A DNA stretch of 57,010 bases, the filler included, from Streblomastix strix (taxonomy: Eukaryota), in the NCBI GenBank assembly GCA_008636045.1. It is 2 parts of 2 records of this genome, joined end to end, with 100 filler letters (N's around TTAATTAATTAA, not from the genome) between each part and the next. Parts side by side here need not be neighbours in the genome. Positions count along the whole stretch, not along the records: positions 28,575 to 57,010 come from SNRW01000124.1; 1 more part is not named here. One strand, 5' to 3'. The notes beneath the pieces were generated by a model. That model made no database searches and was not told where the DNA came from. It saw nothing but the letters and a program-made list of their open reading frames with translations. Below are positions 51,601 through 57,010 of the stretch, piece after piece. The position numbers were made by a program, and so were the translations under genes. Numbering within the stretch: position 1 is the stretch's first letter; each line of letters begins with the position of its first letter.

Positions 51601-54600
51601 GCAGAATTCTGAAATGAATTGCATATATCATCATCTTTATTAACAGATTTACCAAAATATTTATTAATTTATTCTTCCATAGTTTAAAAGTCATAAATTA
51701 TTTAATATTAAGTTGGTTTAAAATTCTATAATTCTTAACGTGACCAAAAACATTCGTAAATTTTAATACCTGTGATGTGTGGAGCAAATGGTATTCAATT
51801 CCCCGATAACATAACTTACTTACCTTTGTTTTATTTACGCTATTCGATATGTCTTCTTAAATCACGATTCCAATTTCCAAGCTTGTTATTTACTTTCATT
51901 GCATGTAACTTACATATTGGACAATAAGCTAAGCCTGTTAAAGCTTATGTATCTGAAATATATAAGAAATGAAACTTATCTCTGAAATGAACAAGCAATA
52001 TATTGAAATCTCTTGCTACTTCTTTAATTGTATTGTTATTATCACAATTGACAGCGATATTCCGATGAGATTACGTAGAATCTACTTTTTTAACCAATGT
52101 TGGTAAGAAATTCTTCTTATAATATTCTTAATTGGTATTTTTAACTAATGATTACAAGTAGTATGGTGAAAATGATTTATTCTACAATTGTTTACGTTTA
52201 CAATCAAAATTTTCTCCTGCTTTAACTGTTAAACCAGGAAGTTCTCTTACTGAACCATAAATTTCGTTCATGATAGCTTTATCTTCTTATGGTATCTACC
52301 TTAATGAATCAATAGATTGGAATTACGTAAATAATGATGCTTCATTGTTATCTTTATCTGATATATAATTATGAACAATTGCGTTTTCAAGTCCATTTAT
52401 TAAAATAACAGCTTATTCAAATGTTAAATTAATATTATCAACATTCTCTTAAATCTCACGATAAGCTTTTTTTTCATATTTGATAACATTGATATCAAAG
52501 CTTAATGAATTAAATACATCAGCTAAACTATTCAAGTTCTTCATAAAAAATGAGTTAATTTATCGATTATCAAATACTTTATATTCAAGTATTTCGCTTG
52601 TTGCTATACTACGATGAGATAATCTATCGTATTATTTATCTTTGATTTTAGAAAATGGTAATACAACATTTCTTAATTTTCCAATTTTATTCTCATCATT
52701 ACGATCTACTTTCTCATCATACTTCATTCTCAATTAATCCCATGATGGCAAATCATTTTCTGGATATGCACAAGCGAATACGTCAACAGCATATTTTTCA
52801 TTAGATATTACTGCTACCATTGAATTATTATCTAAACAAATACAGCCTGTGTTACAATAAATATGTAGTCCACCATGTGTAGTTTCAACTAAACCAACAT
52901 TTAACTTCGAATCTTCAATTTTCCTTAAGATATCTTCTCTTATTGTTGTTCTCTCTGACTTTTCAAGTTTTTTATTGATATCTATGTCAACGATAGCAAG
53001 AAATGGACATTTTGCTATGTTAACAGCTAAGCCAGTTCCTTCCTAATATTAATGTTCTTTTTTATAAGCATCAACACATATTTTTTCTTCATCAGTTAGT
53101 TTCCATGGTTCTTTTTTACAATAATCTGGTCTTTTATCAGCTTTTTCATAATTATACAATGGTACACGAGCAAGTATTGATGTTCGATCTGAAATGGCTT
53201 AGTTATAATATTCAATGAAAGAATTCTATATTTCCATAGCATTTTCGTTGATTAATCGTTGTTTTATCTCTTTAACTTTTACTGGACCACCAAGTTTTTC
53301 GAGACAATTATTTAGCTTTTCACCAATTGTCTCAAATACGAAATGATCGTCATCTGCATGAGGAAGTACAGTTTTTATCATATTTTTTGTTTGAATCTAC
53401 AATTATTTATGTTTATCTTTATCATCATTCACGGTGATTATCTTTTCATCAGGTTTAAATACAAAATCAAGAAAGTAATTATCATATTTTTCTTCTTTAA
53501 TATTTTCTTCTTTCTTATGATGTATTCGATTACCTTTTGAATTTAATTTTGGCTATATTTCAACATCTTATGTTGGTTCTTCATCGAAATCTAAGTGATG
53601 ATAAGCATAAACACAAATATTAATATTGAATATATTTGCGAGTTACTTACCTTCAGATGCAAGATTGAATCTTTGATAATTTTTACAAAATTCTTCAAAA
53701 TTTTTAATTAACTCAATACCAATAGCAGAATAAAACAACTTCATTAATCTCTTTCCTTCTGCTACTCTAATATTACAAGATATTCGTTTATTTTGAATAT
53801 CTTGTAGAGATATGAATGACAATGCATCAAATAAACAGTTGTTTCTATAATTCTTATTATCAACGAACTTAACTTCTTATTTTTTAATAAATTTTTATAA
53901 ATCTGCAGGAGCTGCACCTCCAGATCTAGCTCAATATACAACTACTACCATTGAAACAAAAGCAATGAATCTAGTTTTAGTATCTTCAAGAGTTCTTTCC
54001 TAATCTTCTATTATTTTTGCTGGTAAGTATTAAATAAATTGCTCTAATTTCTCCTTTGAAGTTATTTATTATTCAATGTTTAATGCGTGTTAGATATTAC
54101 TGTGTGGTTATCTTGTACTATTAGTAACTACTTATGCTTAATCTTCATCATACTTTACTTTCTCTACTATATAACCAAAGTCAAATGCAATGATGAAATT
54201 ATTCAATTATAACTCAAGTTCACCAACTCTTCTAACATGATTTTCAATATCATACTAACTTACAATATGATTAGTATAATAATGACGTGTTGGTTTAAAA
54301 TCATCAGATTATCTTCTTGAATATGATTTATCTGTAGTTTCTTTCGGATATCTTTGACGAAATCTCTATACTTCATGTCTAAATAATGCTTAATTAAATG
54401 GTTCTGATAACATCAATGCATCAGCATCTTCAAATTCAATTTCTCTAAATCTCATATATTAATCTAGTCTTCTAATATCTTCTATTATCTCTTCATCAAG
54501 TAATTTGAACGTACGTAATTCAAGATCTGTCAGATTATTGAATTCATGATGAATTTTTCTATGTCTTTCTTAAAAAAATTTCTTTTCATTCTGTTACATT

Positions 54601-55130
54601 CGAATTGATCTCTGTTAAACATCATTGTTAATATCTTAACGTTCATATTAGTCAAAATTATTTTTGTGTTTTTATTATGGAATATCATTTTGAGTAGTAA
54701 TTTCAGCCCATTAATTATCAATTACTTGTTATGGATCGAATAACGTAGTTAATGACACATCAACTTATTGATTTTCAGTTTTTCTTCTTGGCTGATGCTA
54801 TTACTTATATTGCTGTAATTCATTTTAATAATCTTAATCAGTACGCTTATGAAAATATCTTAAATTTTCTTGATCAATCTATTCTTATCTTATTTCTTAA
54901 GGCTTTTTCTTTCTTCTTCATACTGGATCAGGATGTTATTAACGATAATGAATTGTACTAGTAATTCTTTATCGTAATGAATCTGAATAAGCATACGAAC
55001 CAGGAACTCCATATTATTTAAGATAGTGATGAATAATATTACAACTATTTACATTGGTCATATGCGATAAATCAAATCCAAAAAGTTTTCCAACGTCAAC
55101 AATCTATTTTTTATTGTATTACGATGTCAT
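48665..55130 (-). pseudogene. Protein-primed family B DNA polymerase polyprotein: terminal-protein-like region, vOTU split by an AEP Prim-Pol, exonuclease, HNH/EndoVII-like insert, PolB
   Basis: Exo motifs YDF(Q)T, GFNSAYFD, YNELD; Pol motifs GYDFNSLYPS, KISMNSSYG, YCDTDS; vOTU NNCLFDAL...HFLYI; Prim-Pol IVDID, TTHGGLHIY, VVLPFS; CWFC...TLDRIDNSLGH..NNV. In-frame TGAs at 54918, 53931, 51795 and 49142; +1 shift in an A7 run at 51074-51080. Confidence 0.92.
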
Positions 55131-55289
55131 AGCAAAACTGTCTTTAACGTTGTTAAAATGATATTTTTCTTCAAAATTAAAATTAATTTTTGGAATAAAT
55201 TTTTTGATTTTAAAAATAATTTAATTATATTTATTTTTAATTATAATAAATTTCAATTTCAGATATTTTAATTATTTTTACTTATTATT

Positions 55290-55634
55290 ATTTTTATTTT
55301 TATTTTCCAATATTTTAATTATTTTTTATTTATATTCTAATCACATTCATTAACATATAATCACCGTATGATGAGCACGAGAAGACATCAAAAACGATGT
55401 CAACCACACTGCATTATATTTGTATTTAGCTCTCTACCAAGCTCAATCACTCGATGAACATGACCTTGAGTTGATTTTGAAAATGAGCTCTCAAAACAGT
55501 AATCACTCATTGGAAACACAATAAAAACAGCAATCACTCGTTGAAACGCGTTTTAAAACAGCAATCACTCGTTGAAACACGTTCTCAGACGAATTCTTAA
55601 GAGTTGGTGCAGTGCCCGTCTTCTCTATATTATT
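55290..55634 (-). repeat. Right TIR with three ~30-bp internal repeats
   Basis: Reverse complement of the left TIR, lacking one repeat unit. Confidence 0.93.
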
Positions 55635-56347
55635 AGCCAATTCATAGAAAAGTTTATATATAATAAGTATAATCAAATCTTAAATTTATTAAAAAATGTT
55701 CAAAACTAAACATATATTTAAAATTCTAATATTGTGATATATAATTACAATCTATTGATAGAATATGAACGATTTAAATCATAAAATCGAATACAAAGCA
55801 TATATATTGTAGATAAGAGTATAATATACATATTTTTTTAAATAAAAATTAATAATAATAGTTCTTTATTATTAAATTAAAAATTATAACAAACAAAAAA
55901 TATAATTTAACTGATCCAATCTTTGTGAGAAATTATTATTTTTTTCAACTGTTCATTCCATCGATTGTTAAACTAAGTTTGCATATAGTTTTTCAAGCAT
56001 AAAATTAAAAATTTGTTGATAATTATACAAAATTTATATTTTTAATTTGCGCCTGTCGAGAATAAATTCAAAGCGATATATCTCTGTAACCACTTTATCA
56101 TTTTATTAATATATGTGGTATTTCTTTCTCCAATACAATCTATATACTAATTTATTAGATTAGAACTACAACTTATATATCCAAATATTAGTTATTCTAA
56201 ATCATTATTTTTATTAATAAAAACTGCCATATTTCTGTATTCAATTAGTATTTTTTGAATTTATTATATTGTTTTATATAATATTTTATTTTTCTTTGAA
56301 ATTTGCATAAATTTTAAGATTAAATGATACTTAGATTAGTTATTTTA

Positions 56348-57010
56348 ATGGCAACTTATATTATTGCTACTAAAGCTTTAGGAAATTGTGACCTTTCCAG
56401 GAAAATTTATCTTCATAAACATCAAATGGTATAATCATCAGAAGTAATTAAGTCTTCTAATACCAATCCAGCAAAAGGTTAATTATAATATTAGAACACT
56501 GGAAGCACAACTTGGAATGATGAAGACTTTTCTTCAAATCCTGATCCATCTAATAAAACTTTTAGATTTACATATGATGAAGGGTACACTTCTACTATTG
56601 GAACTTTCATCTATACAAATGTAGTTAATTGCGAGTACTTTGAAGTTGGTTCTCCGAGAACATAACCACTTTTCGAATCGACTGATGGAACAATGAATTT
56701 AATGAATGTATATTTACATGACATTGTACTTGAAGATTGTTCATTGATTTAAATAGCTGGACCTTCACTAGCTGGTGGTGCAGATTTGAAGGTTGACATT
56801 CTGTTGAGCCATTTCGAGAGAATTGCACTTCACAAAGCAACAGATGTAGATCCAGTTTGAATATTCTATTACATAAATTTTTTTTTTATGATTTTGTTTT
56901 GTTTGATTTATATTTATTTATTACATATAATATATATATTATTAAATAGGATAATACTTCAATTCAACCAACACAGTGTTGCGTTATTCTTATCAAAGTT
57001 CCTGATATGC
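56348..57010 (+). CDS. Host hypothetical protein, 5' part (possibly a beta-helix-type surface protein), runs off the window
   Basis: ~170-codon open frame under TAR=Gln, probable intron at ~56855-56949, frame continues to the window edge. Confidence 0.55.

Larger units (their letters stand above)
33104..55634. mobile_element. Full-length Polinton/Maverick-like endogenous virus (22.5 kb), decaying
   Basis: Long TIRs starting AATAATATAGAGAAGACGGGCACT; 6-bp TSD TGCCAA/AGCCAA; pPolB, rve integrase, A32-like ATPase and capsid-like genes. Confidence 0.95.

Noticed and set aside
33112..55626. Element ends at AGAG...CTCT with a 4-bp ATAT TSD
   Set aside because: Inverted identity extends 8 bp further out, and the outer boundary gives both a 6-bp TSD and a restored host reading frame.
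33104..55634. TGA read as Trp (all three stops reassigned) in the viral genes
   Set aside because: In-frame TGAs are sparse, fall in contexts suggesting varied residues (Gly, Ser, Arg, Trp) and co-occur with frameshifts; TGG is used normally and the ATPase and integrase have no internal TGA. Post-insertion decay explains them better.
276..56840. Most ORFs in the supplied track
   Set aside because: They were computed with TAA/TAG as stops; most are antisense or AT-rich artefacts, and only a few are fragments of real genes (e.g. 1034, 2927, 8581, 31429, 35326, 51255).

Overview
AT-rich eukaryotic DNA with short GT-AG introns and a non-standard genetic code (TAA/TAG = Gln, TGA = stop), so the supplied ORF track misses most genes. 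The code and intron style fit an oxymonad such as Streblomastix (inference). The main feature is a ~22.5 kb full-length but decaying Polinton/Maverick-type endogenous virus (33104-55634). It has ~350-370 bp TIRs and a 6-bp TSD, and it inserted into codons 2-4 of a host DHHC palmitoyltransferase gene. It encodes an rve integrase with a DDD triad, an A32-like packaging ATPase, putative major and minor capsid proteins, two phage-like fibre proteins, an HNH endonuclease, a small 2-TM protein and an adenovirus protein VI-like amphipathic peptide. Its ~2150-codon protein-primed PolB polyprotein has the vOTU protease domain split by an in-frame AEP Prim-Pol primase. An older, rearranged relic of a related virus lies at ~10.9-21.3 kb. 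The window also holds an intact VPS4 gene, three independent pogo-type transposons with transposase-OTU fusions, several MITEs, an SH3 gene spanning an artificial scaffold gap, and a partial host gene at the end. All translations were done by eye; family calls rest on motif recognition, not database searches.
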